A DNA stretch of 64,000 nt, from positions 27,927,735-27,991,734 of the forward strand of contig CP154954.1 in the NCBI GenBank assembly GCA_039621445.1, written 5' to 3'. The DNA comes from Euglena gracilis (Eukaryota). Positions within the stretch are counted from its first letter, which is position 1. Every line of letters begins with the position of its first letter. This document shows positions 32,935-45,514 of this stretch, one piece after another. The position numbers were made by a program, and so were the translations under genes. The notes under the pieces were generated by a model. That model did not search any database. It was not told the DNA's origin and saw only the letters and a list, made by a program, of their open reading frames with translations.

Positions 32935-35900
32935 CTGTGTGGTTTTGGGATGCTTACTGCTGGTGCATCTCCATCTTTGCTCCTTTGTTGTTTGCAAATT
33001 TAATGACTGCGCCTGCCTGCCTGCAAAATTTGTTCACCTGCAGATAAAACGAGTTTATTTTGTAAATGAAAGGGATAGGGTTAGGTCGACTTGCACCCGA
33101 GAAGGGGTTGGCGGATAAAAGGGGTTTATTTTGTTAATGAAAGGGATAGGGTTAGGTCGATTTGCACCCGAGAAGGGGTTGGCGGATAAAAGGGGTTTAT
33201 TTTGTTAATGAAAGGGATAGGGTTAGGTCGACTTGCACCCGAGAAGGGGTTGGCGGATAAAAGGGGTTTATTTTGTTAATGAAAGGGATAGGGTTAGGTC
33301 GACTTGCACCCGAGAAGGGGTTGGCGGATAAAAGGGGTTGGCGGATAAAAGGGGTTTATTTTGTTAATGAAAGGGATAGGGTTAGGTCGACTTGCACCCG
33401 AGAAGGGGTTGGCGGATAAAAGGGGTTTATTTTGTTAATGAAAGGGATAGGGTTAGGTCGACTTGCACCCGAGAAGGGGTTGGCGGATAAAAGGGGTTTA
33501 TTTTGTTAATGAAAGGGATAGGGTTAGGTCGACTTGCACCCGAGAAGGGGTTGGCGGATATAAAAGGGGTTTATTTTGTTAATGAAAGGGATAGGGTTAG
33601 GTCGACTTGCACCCGAGAAGGGGTTGGCGGATAAAAGGGGTTTATTTTGTTAATGAAAGGGATAGGGTTAGGTCGACTTGCACCGAGAAGGGGTTGGCGG
33701 ATAAAAGGGGTTTATTTTGTTAATGAAAGGGATAGGGTTAGGTCGACTTGCACCCGAGAAGGGGTTGGCGGATAAAAGGGGTTGGCGGATAAAAGGGGTT
33801 TATTTTGTTAATGAAAGGGATAGGGTTAGGTCGACTTGCACCCGAGAAGGGGTTGGCGGATAAAAGGGGTTGGCGGATAAAAGGGGTTTATTTTGTTAAT
33901 GAAAGGGATAGGGTTAGGTCGACTTGCACCCGAGAAGGGGTTGGCGGATAAAAGGGGTTTATTTTGTTAATGAAAGGGATAGGGTTAGGTCGACTTGCAC
34001 CCGAGAAGGGGTTGGCGGATAAAAGGGGTTTATTTTGTTAATGAAAGGGATAGGGTTAGGTCGACTTGGGCGGATACCCGAGAAGGGGTTGGCGGATAAA
34101 AGGGGTTTATTTTGTTAATGAAAGGGATAGGGTTAGGTCGACTTGCACCCGAGAAGAGGTTGGCGGAAAAAAGGGGTTGGCGGATAAAAGGGGTTTATTT
34201 TGTTAATGAAAGGGATAGGGTTAGGTCGACTTGCACCCGAGAAGGGGTTGGCGGATAAAAGGGGTTTATTTTGTTAATGAAAGGGATAGGGTTAGGTCGA
34301 CTTGCACCCGAGAAGGGGTTGGCGGATAAAAGGGGTTTATTGTGTTAATGAAAGGGATAGGGTTAGGTCGACTTGCAGACGAGAAGGGGTTGGCGGATAA
34401 AAGGGGTTTATTTTGTTAATGAAAGGGATAGGGTTAGGTCGACTTGCACCCGAGAAGGGGTTGGCGGATAAAAGGGGTTTATTTTGTTAATGAAAGGGAT
34501 AGGGTTAGGTCGACTTGCACCCGGGAAGGGGTTGGCGGATAAAAGGGGTTGGCGGATAAATGGGGTTTATTTTGTTAATGAAAGGGATAGGGTTAGGTCG
34601 ACTTGCACCCGGGAAGGGGTTGGCGGATAAAAGGGGTTGGCGGATAAAAGGGGTTGGCGGATAAAAGGGGTTTATTTTGTTAATGAAAGGGATAGGGTTA
34701 GGTCGACTTGCACCCGGGAAGGGGTTGGCGGATAAAAGGGGTTGGCAGAGAGAGAGAGACTCACAGATGGAGAGATCAATTTGAAAATTGTTTTCCTGGA
34801 CTCCTGATACCCAGATGTATGTACGTAGGAGGAGGCTCTAGAGCCTCCTCGAACCTCCTCGAACCACGTTCGAGGAGGCTCTAGAGCCTCCTCGAACGTC
34901 CTCGAACCACGTTCGAGGAGGCTCTAGAGCCTCCTCGAACGTCCTCGAACTACGTTCGAGGAGGCTCTAGAGCCTCCTCGAACGTCCTCGAACTACGTTC
35001 GAGGAGGCTCTAGAGCCTCCTCGAACGACCTCGAACATCGTTCGAGGAGGCTCTAGAGCCTCCTCGAACGATGTTCGAGGAGGCTCTAGAGCCTCCTCGT
35101 ACATTGTTCGAGGAGGCTCTAGAGCCTCCTCCTACGGAGCCTCCTCCTACCGTAACCCTCCCGTCCCCCCCCCTCACAAGGAACAATTTTCGGGTGAATC
35201 AGAAGACAATAAGCAGAAAAAAAAATCCACAAAGTCGTGTTTCCTGATAAACAGGAACATTCAATTGTTATGAATTTATGAAAAATAATGCATTTAGCAC
35301 CAAATTGCTCAGGGAACGGGTAAAACGATCTATCGACGGGTTTGGGTACTGCAGAGGGTGAGGGCTTTCGAGAGGGTAGCTTTGGGGCGGAATTTTGAGG
35401 GGGCCAATGTATTTCCATCCCCCCGCATCCGTTGCTGCACAGGTACTCCGGCCCCTGCCAGCCCATTTCAGGTCGCCCCACTTCCGGGCCCCGAAAGTGG
35501 TGTGCCCCACAGTCGCTTCCCATTCACCAACCCGGGGCCAATGTGGCGATCTTTGTCCATATTATACTTACAACCTGGTGTGGATTGGCTTTTGGACCCA
35601 TTCGCAATGACTGAGTGTATGTCACGCCCCCACACATCCTAAATATAACCCTTATTCTTCGACACTTCAAATATCAGCCCCCACCCCAATTGTGAAGCCC
35701 CCAACCCAAGTTTGCTTTGGAAGGTGTGGTGTGACGTTCTTGTACGTAAGTTGGATTTTTGCAGGTGGATTGGTTTCATTCACACGGTGGGTAAAAACTG
35801 AGAGGTGGACAAAGGGAAATCAGTCTGGCGATGGTGATCCACTTCAATCGAATAAAAGGAATGCCCACCGAGGCATCACGCAAAGTTTGATTGACAGCCC

Positions 35901-38900
35901 CGAAATATATCACGAAGTCTTTTCTGTACATGATTTTGGATGTAATTTATTTAATCCATTTTTTTGCTTGTCTGTTTTGTTTTGTTCACTCTTTCTCATT
36001 CTGGTGTATCAATAAGTTTTTTGTGCTTTGTCCTAATCTGTGCGCCGTGCCCTAATAAGTGCGCACCCCTTCGGGGTCCGAAACTACGTCCTCAAGATGT
36101 GCGCACCCGTGCACTTGTTAGGGGGGGGGTTAGATTCGGAAGGTGTAAGGGTTTCATGTGGGATGTCCCCCCCCCCACTGCAGCTACAAGGGGGGTTTGG
36201 AACCCCTCCCACCTGCTAAGGGGGGTTCGGACCGACTCCGGACCCGACTTGGACTGGGGCCCCAGACCGAGGAAGGGCTCCCGGGACCCCTCCGAAAGCT
36301 CAATTTTTCCCTTCCATCGCTTCCTGCTGAAGATTCTGGCAACTTTGACAAAATTTTGCCCAGGAAGTACCTAAAATGGCATTTCGGGTCGATGTTAGGG
36401 ACTGAATTTTTTAAACCCGGCGTTTCGCTCCGGGCTGATAGTGGTTCATTTTGGCCACGCCACTGTTTACGTAGGAGTGCCTTCCCTTCCCTTCCAAATA
36501 TAAAACTTCTCTGAGGGTGTCTTGCCCAAATATAAAACCAGGGTCTTTAGGTCCTGGGTGTTGATTTTCTTTCAAAAGAAGTAGCTCAACCGCTGCAATT
36601 TACAGCATTTTCCGCCAGGAAGTGCGTTTGGATTTTCTTGGGTGTGCGGTGTCGCTTGAGGAAGTTTGACCTCCTCCCTGGGGGGCCCAGTCAGCAAGCC
36701 AGCAGCCTTTTTCCAGCCTCGGACCCCCTCCCCCATCGACAGTTTTATTTTGCAGTTTCCCATCGACAGTTTTATTTCGGGGATGCAAAAATGGGGCAGA
36801 CCGGGCAGAATTGGTCGAAAACGGCTGGCCAATTTGGGGTCAAAATCGACCGTTGGTATATTTAGCAATTTTTTTAAAGGGATTTTGCACTTTGGATTTT
36901 TTGGGATTTGGTTCGACCCCCAGTGGGGAACCCCATCAGGGGGGGGGGGTCAGCCAACAGCCGTTGTCCCGCAGCCCAAATTTCCAGCCTCTGAGCTGGA
37001 CCCCCCCAGGGGTCGTTAAAGCGACGCCCTGGCCTGGCCCAACGCACAGCCCCGCCCCCGTTGCCGCCTTCCTCAGGCCGCCGCCGCGCTGCCAGCCCCC
37101 CTTTGGAAGTGGGCCGGGCGGCGACCGAGCCCACCGCCGTGGTCTGCCAGGGCTGGGCATGCCGGGCCAAAAAATGGGTCAAAAATGGCGAAAATGGGTC
37201 GGGAAAAGCTGTCCAGGGCATGTTTGGGGTCAAAAAAAAAAGATTTTTTTTGTGTAATTGGCAGTTTTTTACATTTTTTTTGCGATTTCGTTTGTTTTTT
37301 TTTTGGTGCCCAGTTTGACCCCAGGTCAGGATCAGCTCCAGCCCGGGACCCAGCCAGTCAGCCAGCAGCCCAGCCAGCCCAAATTTTTTAGCTTCTGAGC
37401 TGGACCCCCCCCCCCGGTGGGTCCTTATCCAACGCCCTGCCAGACCCCCCCCCAGTGAACGGTTGGCCCAGGTCTCCCACTGGTGGCCCCACCCTGGTGC
37501 TGGCCTGCGGCCGCCCCCATTGCCCCTGGCCCGCGTGTCCGCCGCAGGTCTGCCGGACCCCAACTCCCTCCCCCTCCCCCCGCCCTGGGAAGCTGCCGTG
37601 AGTGCGGGCGACAAGCCCAGGGGACAACTTCCGAGAACGACAAGTCAGTCAGTATGGCCAAGGTCGCAGGAGGGGGGGGGACCTCACAGGGTCGAAAACT
37701 TCCAGGGGGATATGTGCTGGTTTCCAGCGACAAACAGGAGGACACCAAGAAATCACATTCATTTTTTTTTTCAGTTTCTTTTGCAAATTAACCCATTTTA
37801 CATTTACAGAGAAGGTTCACAAGCAAAGATAATTGTCAATTTTTGTTGGGCCAGCAAAGGAAAGGTGCACGATCATCATTCACGATAATGGTCATCATAA
37901 TAGCCATAGTGGGATGCAATTGAATTCTTCTTGTTAAAAGAAGGCAAGAGAGATTGCAAACACAGTTTAAACTGTTCTTTTTTGTTTTGCATTTTAATGT
38001 GGGGGAGGGGGGCCATTTTTTTCAAACCGACCCCGTGGTCCTCTGGGCAACTATTTGCTGACCTGTCATGGGGATCTGTCTCCCACTCTTTATTCGCCGA
38101 CATATGGTTGGAAGGGGCAGGAGAAAATGATTCGCTGGCAGCAACAGGATGTGACAAAGGTTGGACCTTGCCATATCGTTTGCCTTGCCTGCCGTCACCT
38201 CCTCTGTTCCAGAGGCACGGGACCCCAGCAGCCCCATAGCCCCCCTCTCTGGGTCGCGGTCTTTCCGAAAGGTGACTGTTGTTGGCCAGAGCTGGACCAT
38301 TCGTGCCACATGTCCTCAACCTCCCATCACCTTCATGGAGCGCATGGGTTGCCCATCTGCTCGGGTGGTCGCTGGCCAACGTTTTTTCTTTGGCGTGATG
38401 CACACCAAAACAAAAATTGGTTCAAATGGCTTGCCCTCACAAAACGTGGTGGTCGCTGGGGGGATTCCTGCCTCATGGGAGGAGAGGCGAGTCCCGCCTC
38501 GTGGATTTCAATCCCCACCCGTGATAAGGACGAGTGAGGGAGATTCCACTCTAAAAAGCACTCCGTAAATTTGCAGATTGAGTCGATTTATTTCCAATTG
38601 AGCTGTGGTGAAAAGAAGCTTAATGATACGTTAAAAAAAAAGTCACTCTGTTCAGTTTATAAATTGTGATGAGTACGGTAATGGCGGTGAATCACAATTT
38701 TTAGTGCATGAGCAAAACCAAAAAAAAATGATTTCTTTTCTTCTTGTACTCATTTATCCCGCTCAATTTATCAATGAAATTGTCACCGCTGTGACAAAAA
38801 AAAACAGAGACCCTCGCAGGGAAATTGAACCAGTTCTGTTGAAAGCCCAGTTCTTCGATAATTTTCACCTCCGAAACCTTTGGTCGAACCTTTGCAGTGC

Positions 38901-41900
38901 AAGTCCCCATTTCTGGCTTGTTCAATTCCCCTCGACTGTGTTCACGAGGTTTGTTGCAGATCACAGTCGCATGCAACGATTGTCCAAGCTCTGCCCTCAG
39001 TCCCAGGAACCTACCAGGTGCCCCAGCTGGTGTGGATGTGTGCGCGCATGTTAGTTTTGCCGCCCTCCCAGTATGGTAGTATTCTCCAATATGACATGCG
39101 ATCACAGGAAGACAGAGGGCTCATTGGTTCTGACTCATTCTCACTGGTTTTTTGTTTTGAAATATCTGGATCAAAGAATGTTTCATAGAAAAAACGAAGT
39201 GAGGTCATAACTATGTTGTCTCATATGAAAAAAAAATTCTGCATCGCATCACAGCTGTCCTCAACTATGGGTGTCTTTTATTTTGTTGAAGATGGAAAGT
39301 CTGGATCACGGCATCGCTTGAGTCACAATGGGGGCCAGCCAGCCTACCAGCCAGGAGCCTTTTTCTAGCCTGCCGCCCTTTTTGAAGCCTCGGACCCCTC
39401 CCACCCCCACATGACAAATTTTTTTCAGCCGCCCAAAGGGTTGCTGGACAGCAGCGGATTCTTGGCCAAAAATGAGCAAAATGGGTTGGGAAAGGCTGGC
39501 CATGGTAATTTTGGGGTAAAAAATCGATTTTTTTGCAGACAAGCAATGGCATTTTGGGGGGGCATTTTTGCAGTTTGACCTTTTTAGCCCCCAGTTCGAC
39601 CCGGGTCGGGCCCAGTTCCATCCAGGGGACCCCTATGGGGAGAGGGGCCTTTTTCCCGCCAGCCTGAATCTTCCAGCTTGAGCTTGACCCCTCCAGCAGG
39701 TCGCTAAGCATCGCCCTGGTCTCGCTTTAAATGTTCGACAAAAATAAGATTTGTGCTGAAGCCTCAAAAAAAGGCCATTTTCGATCATGCTGGTGGTCCA
39801 TCTCCTCCCCTTTGCCTTTCACTCTGCTTCGATAGCCAACAAGTTCTGTCACAGGGTACGTGTCGCCAAAGCAATGCTTTTTTCCCCTTTTGAACTTTGA
39901 ACAATCACATTTTTTTTTGTTGTCAGTGCCGCTCTGAAACAGTTTTCTTTTTTTGGATTTGCCTGGGGTTTCGCCTCCACCAAATTGGCACCCATTGTGC
40001 GTCGAAACAGGGTCTTAAGCAGTATGCAATGCAGACTGGGCCGCCCCCCCCCCCCGCCCACCTTGGCACAGAGGCCAGCCCCGATCCCAAGCCGGAGGAC
40101 ACGGCGACCACCCCCGTCCGGCGGTGGACCGCCGACGCCGCAGGGCCGGCTGGGCTGCCCAATGGCCTCGCCTTGAACCCCCCAACTGGGGACCCTGGGT
40201 AGGACTCTCCCCCCCCATTGGGTATCCTGGGAAGGACTCTCCCCCCACTGGGTATCCTGGGTAGGACTCTCCCCCCCATTGGGTACCCTGGGAAGGACTC
40301 TCCCCCCCACTGGGTGTCCTGGCTAAACCCGCCCCCCCTAATAGAAGCGCGGGAGCGCAGGGTCCAAATAAAAGCGCACCCATGCCGTAGAAGGCGGCAG
40401 TCCACTACAAACGCACCCCCGTTTTGATGGGATTTTTGAAGGAAGTAAGTCAACAAAAATAGGCAGGAAGGGTCCAAATAAAAGCTCAACCCCCGCCGCC
40501 AGAGGCGGCAGTCCGCTATAAGCGCACCTGCGCTTCTATTAGGGGGGGGGGTTGGACTTCCCCCCACTGGGTACCCTGGGTAGGACTCTCCCCGCCCCGC
40601 CCCCGGCCAGGCCTGCCTCCACGCCCCCCAGGCGGTCTGCACTTGCCCCACCCAGCCCCACAGGTGTGCCATTGGGGAGGCTAATTGTTACCCTGCTTTC
40701 CCAAAAACGCCGCCAGACACCGTAGAAGTGCATGAACCCATATTCACTGTGAACACCCAGAGCCAGGGGGTAATTCATGGAGGGTGTCCAGCTCCCCATC
40801 CTGTCACACGAGGAACAGGTTTTCCCTCGCAAAAAGTCAGTGTCAAAGACAAAAGACGAAGTGTACCATTTTCGACACGCAGTGCAGACCAGAGTGGTTA
40901 GAGACGCAAATTTTGGGACACCTAACCCTAGAGTTTGTTTGCCCCCCAAAAAACAGTGAGCACACAGTCACAGGCTTTCCATTGTTGCTTCCCCATTGCT
41001 CCACCCTGGTAAATCCCCCCAAATAACACCCCCCAAACACCCCCCCCCCCCAAATAACACCCCCCCCGGGGGGCCGATTTCGATCCCCTCGGACGCCCAA
41101 ATAACACCCCCCTGTTTTCTTTTGGTTTTCCATGTAAAAAATACCCCCCCCCCCAAATAACACCCTCCCCTGGGGCCCCAGTTCAGGTGCCCAAATAACA
41201 CACCAGGGGGGTTATTTGGGGAGGGGGTAACCCCCCCAAAAATAAGACCCCGGGTCCATTTCATGGGTCGGTTGCTGGAAAGCCCGAGGGGGGGTCTTAT
41301 TCATGGGGGGGGTGCATTTTATGGATTTTTGCTGGAAAATTTTCGACCCCCAAAACGTCCAAAAATGCCCCCCAAAATACCATTTTTCGAAAAATTCGGC
41401 GCTTCGCGCCAAACAAATAGGGGAAAATATGCTGAATTGTATGGAAACTGTCCCAAAATGACAGATTTAGCGCCCAAAAATGGCCCTTTTTTCAAAAATC
41501 CGGCGCTTTGCGCCGGCAGGGGGGGTCTTATTTATGGGGGGGTCCATCGCTGAGCTCTTATCCCTTTATGGGTAAGAGCGAAGCTTACCACTGGGGGAAA
41601 ACCCCCCCCGAACCCCCCCCCCCCTCGGGGCCACGGGCCTCGGCCTCGGGCCCCTCGGGAACCGGCGGATTATCACCATGATCCCGGCCCCGTTCCCGAA
41701 TTTTTTTTTCTTCAGTCGCGAGCGACTGGATTCCTAGTTTCCGAATCACCTGGGTTTGACCCCCAACTCCCCGCCAGGCCCGAGTTATTCACGCGCGAAG
41801 GGGTCCAAACTGGGTAGGATTTACCTGCCCCCCCCCCTGGATAAGCCCCCCCCCCTTTGGACTCTGCCATTTCGGCCAAAAAAATCAAAGGAAATGTCCG

Positions 41901-43645
41901 GAGACCTAATTTGAAGCCCTTGGAACGCCCCATCCACCGGTATTTTGATTTCCCCGCAACTCCCCGCCTGGCCCGAGATACGGCCGTTTTTGGCCTGGAT
42001 GGCCGTTTTGTACACTTTTTCCACTGTTCGACTTTTTTTCGTTTTCGGGGGGTGGGGGGTCAAAAAATCGATGTTTTCAAAATTTCTCGAAAATGATGCA
42101 AAATCAAAGGAAATGTCCGGAGACCTAAATTGAAGCCCTTGGAACGCTCTATCTACTGGGATTTTGGTTTCCCCGCAACTCCCCGCCCAGCCCGAGATAC
42201 GGGCGTTTTTTGGCCAATTTGGGCCGTTTCAGGCCATTTTGTACACTTTTCCCTCTGTCCGATTTGGCCGTTTTCGGCCAAAAAAGTCGAAAAAATCGAA
42301 AAAAAAATTTTGCCCGAAACGATGTTTTTTGGCCTCCCGGACCCGGAAAAACTGTTTTTGAGCCGAAAACGAGCGTTTTTCGACCCGCCGGCGCCCCGTT
42401 TTGGGCCGCCGACCCATTGATTTTGGGTCAAAACCGGGTCAAAAAAGTCGAAAAAAATCGAAGATTTTTTTTGGCCAAAAACGATGTTTTTGGGCCTCCC
42501 GACCCGGAAAAACTTTTTTTGAGCCGAAAATGAGCGTTTTTCGACCCGCCGGCGCCCCGTTTTGGGCCGCCCACCCATTGATTTTGGGTCAAAACCGGGT
42601 CAAAAAAGTCGAAAAAAATCGAAAAAATTTTTTTGCCCAAAACGATGTTTTTTGGCCTCCGGACCCGGAAAAACTGTTTTTGAGCCGAAAACGAGCGTTT
42701 TTCGACCCGCCAGCGCCCCGTTTTGGACCGCCGACCGATTGACTTTGGGTCAAAACCGGGTCAAAAAAGTCGAAAAAATCGAAAAAAAATTTTTGCCCAA
42801 AACGATGTTTTTTGGCCTCCAGGACCCGGAAAAACTGTTTTTTTTCTGGCACAAAACCCATGGATTTCAGGCAAAAGAGCTCCATGGAGTGGGCCGGTAT
42901 GTATGCAGGGGTCAATGAAGGGGTGGGTGCGCGCTTATTAAGAGCTCAGCACTATTCAAAACCTGGTTTCATGGATTTTTGCTTGGACCGGCCAGGGGGG
43001 GTCTTATTTTGGGGGGGGGTCCATTTTATTGGGGTGGTCTTATTTTGGGGGGGGGTTTAAAGTTACTTGCTTCATAATGAAATTGAATCCACATGATTTA
43101 TTTGAAAGTAAAATCTTCCCAAGGTCATTTTCCACAAAAACAGTCTTCTAATCCTCTGTTCCCGTTTCTCTCGTTTTCACCCTCTCTCCAAACAATAAGC
43201 ACCCGGTTTATTATATATATTAATTGGTCGCCCAAAGTCGGAGACCGAGGGGTGGTTTAATTACTTTGGGGGGGGGGGTTATTATTTTGGCAAAAATTTC
43301 AACGTCAAAAAGTTACCTTCAAAATTGTTTCAACTGGCCCGGCCCCTTTTTCTCCACTTTGTAAAATATATGCTCTTATCGAGATTTATTTTTTTAATGA
43401 CTGGTTTTTGGAACAGTGAAAGAGACCCCCCTCCCCCCTCCCCAGAGGTCGGTAAAAGGGCGTTTGGCCAGGGCCACACACCAGGGCCACACACAGTCCG
43501 GAAGCAACTGGATTGGGGGGGGGGGGGGCGCTTCAGCACCGATGTCTCGCAGGCCGCTCCATGCCGGCGGTGGACTTTGAAGCGGCGGCCCGCCCTGTCT
43601 CGTCGCCAGCCATCGTCACCGCCCCGCCCCCTCGACCCCGCCCAG
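30900..43645 (+). CDS. Probable 5' Pro/Ala-rich low-complexity exons of the NLR-like gene (start codon not resolved, possibly near 30582)
   Basis: Small GC-rich segments with AG/GT or paired ends: ~30900-31020, 31416-31447, 35443-35499, 37077-37144, 37502-37597, 40074-40137, ~40620-40663 and 43553-43645. Most are phase-compatible, and 43553-43645 joins in phase to exon 44173. Confidence 0.45.
32446..32836. repeat. Array of 30-bp perfect palindromes (left arm)
   Basis: Seven copies of GTTCGAGGAGGCTCTAGAGCCTCCTCGAAC, mostly at a 43-bp period. Confidence 0.95.
32883..32932. repeat. (GA)n microsatellite
   Basis: Read directly from the sequence. Confidence 0.95.
33043..34746. repeat. 71-bp tandem satellite, about 22 copies, with sporadic 17-bp sub-duplications
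   Basis: Unit GGGGTTTATTTTGTTAATGAAAGGGATAGGGTTAGGTCGACTTGCACCCGAGAAGGGGTTGGCGGATAAAA. Confidence 0.97.
34824..35152. repeat. Array of 30-bp palindromes (right arm, inverted relative to the left arm)
   Basis: About 8 copies of the same palindrome. The spacer GTCCTCGAACCAC is the reverse complement of a left-arm spacer (GTGGTTCGAGGAC). Confidence 0.95.
39307..39718. mobile_element. hAT-type MITE of the same family as the intron-forming element at 10461
   Basis: Termini CACGGCATCGCTT / AAGCATCGCCCTG; flanks GTCTGGAT/GTCTCGCT (6/8). Shares internal CCAGCCAGG..GCCTT..CTCGGAC.CCCTCCC and GAGCT.GACCCC motifs. Confidence 0.7.
40185..40595. repeat. ~31-bp minisatellite interrupted by a poly-C TIR MITE (~40327-40552)
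   Basis: Units of CTGGGTAGGACTCTCCCCCCCATTGGGTATC resume after an element bounded by CCCCCCTAATAGAAGCGC/GCGCTTCTATTAGGGGGG. Confidence 0.75.
41231..43057. mobile_element. TA-flanked poly-C/G TIR MITE hosting Helentron-like copy 1
   Basis: TA|ACCCCCCCAAAAATAAGACC ... GGTCTTATTTTG(n)TT|TA. Confidence 0.6.
41548..42967 (+). mobile_element. Helentron/DINE-1-like non-autonomous rolling-circle element, copy 1
   Basis: Subterminal IRs GCTGAGCTCTTA (41549-41560) / TAAGAGCTCAGC (42939-42950); 5' hairpin GCTCTTATCCC..GGGTAAGAGC; central ~161-bp tandem repeats; short 3' tail ending CCTGGT(TT); no TSD. Confidence 0.75.
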
Positions 43646-44172
43646 GTGTGCCCCCCGTCGCCTCTTTGGCTGCGTGTCACGGAAAAGCCATGCCCCAGGG
43701 GGGTGGAGGCCATGGCTGGAAACATTTCCGCAAACTGAAGCCAGATTGCTTGCCCCCCCCCCCCCCGCCGCCCCGGCAGAGGGATCTATTGCCTGCCAAA
43801 TTTAGCATTGCAGTGACTGCAGGCTGCAGGAATGGAAGTCCTCCCCCCCGGGGTTGGTGCAATGCTTTCTGTGAACGGACCGAAGAGAAAGTGGGGACCG
43901 ACATATGCACCCCCTCCCCCCATTCCGGCACGTCTGCAGTGGGGGGTTTTCCGGCCGCCTATAGTGAACCGTCCGGCTGTCTCGTGGCCTTCAGCAAAGG
44001 CGCAATGTGGCCGCTGCCTGCCCGGCTGCCATATTTGAGCTGGGTGTCCGCGGCTGGCTCGGCGCCAAACTGACTGCCTCCCTCCCCCCCCCCACGCTCC
44101 GCGAATCGGTTCGCCGTCCCATGTTCGGCCCCAACGGATTCCCCGGCCTCGCCCCCGCCGCACCGTCCGCAG

Positions 44173-45458
44173 CGTTCCCGGGCTTCCACCCCGACCGCTT
44201 CCGCAACCTGCAGCGCCACTTCGTGCCCAGCGTGGAGCTGTGGCTGGAGGGCCTGGCCGCCCATCCAGGCCCACCCCACCCGCCCCCCCCCCCTGGTCCA
44301 GAGGTTTGTGACGCGAATTGGAGCCCACCCCCGGCTTCCGGATCAGGGTCAATTGGCGTGCAGTTGCGCACCAACGCTGGGAGGCCTTCAATGAACCAAC
44401 CAGACACGTTTCAGGCAAAAAAAACCAGCCAGCCGTTGCCCCTGCGAATAGTGAATTTTGGTTGATTGTGAACCAAGCGGTACCAATTAGAATTGGACGT
44501 GCGGAACACAAACAGTCATCCACCTGAGGGTTGACTCCTTCTCCTCGAAAGCAGTAGAGGTCAGCCCAGTCCCCACCCCACACAGAAACCACTCCTCCCC
44601 CATTTCGCGAGGAAACATTCCAGCGTTCTGCTTTCGATTCCTCCGCGCCAGAGGCGGGCGCCGACTCACCCGACCACCCCGCCCCATATTGAACCCCAGG
44701 CCTGTGGTCCACACATCCTCTCACGTCCAAAGTCCTCCGTCCTCCGGAGGGGGTTGGGTTGACGGTTCGGGCCCCCCCCCCCCCCCCCCCGGCCCCGGGC
44801 GGGCCTGTCCCCAGGACCCCAAGAAGCGGTTCCCCGCCGCCTCCATCGCCCTCCTGTGCCGCCAGGTGAAGGCCGCCGTGGAACAGCGGAGGCCGCGCTG
44901 GGGCGGGCCCAAGGCGTGGCCTCCCCACGGTGTTACGCCCGGCTGAAGTCAGGGACAGCGCCGCAGAGGGCGGCGCCTTGGCGGCAGTGTTGTTGGAGGC
45001 GCAGGCGTGGGCGATGCTCGTGTACGGCGCCGAGCTGTACGAGGACGTCGATAGCATCCGCCCAGGGCCCCCCGTGCCCTGCCCCGCTGTGTGCCTGCCC
45101 CCCATCTTGTGGCATATTGTGCGTCGCATCATTTCGCACCATTTCCAGTGTGCGAAGTCGAGTCCCACCCCTTGAGCTTTTCGTGGCCGGCGGGTCCGCG
45201 GTGGGGCCATGGGGGCTGTGGCCACAGCCACGTCGCAGCTGCCCCCACCAGCTCTACGCTGTGTTCGACGCCATGTGTGCAGATTACGGGCACGCCGCTA
45301 CGCCATCCCCGGCGGTGGTCGCAGAGTGGGAGCTGTTCCTGCCGCTGGCCGTCCACTTGGATGGCGCCATCCGGCCCAGCCCCACCCTTCCATCCGGTCC
45401 CCCTTGCCCAAAAAAAAGAGCGCCAGACCAACACAAGAAATGATTCAGTTACATATTT

Positions 45459-45514
<56 letters not shown>

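Noticed and set aside
32446-35152. Palindromic repeats with spacers resembling a CRISPR array
   Set aside because: The spacers are 3-13 bp and essentially identical, there are no cas genes, and the context is eukaryotic.
40700-40950. Minus-strand CxxC...CxxC pattern (CTAC...CSSC)
   Set aside because: Short and isolated, inside an intronic repeat-rich region; chance occurrence is plausible.
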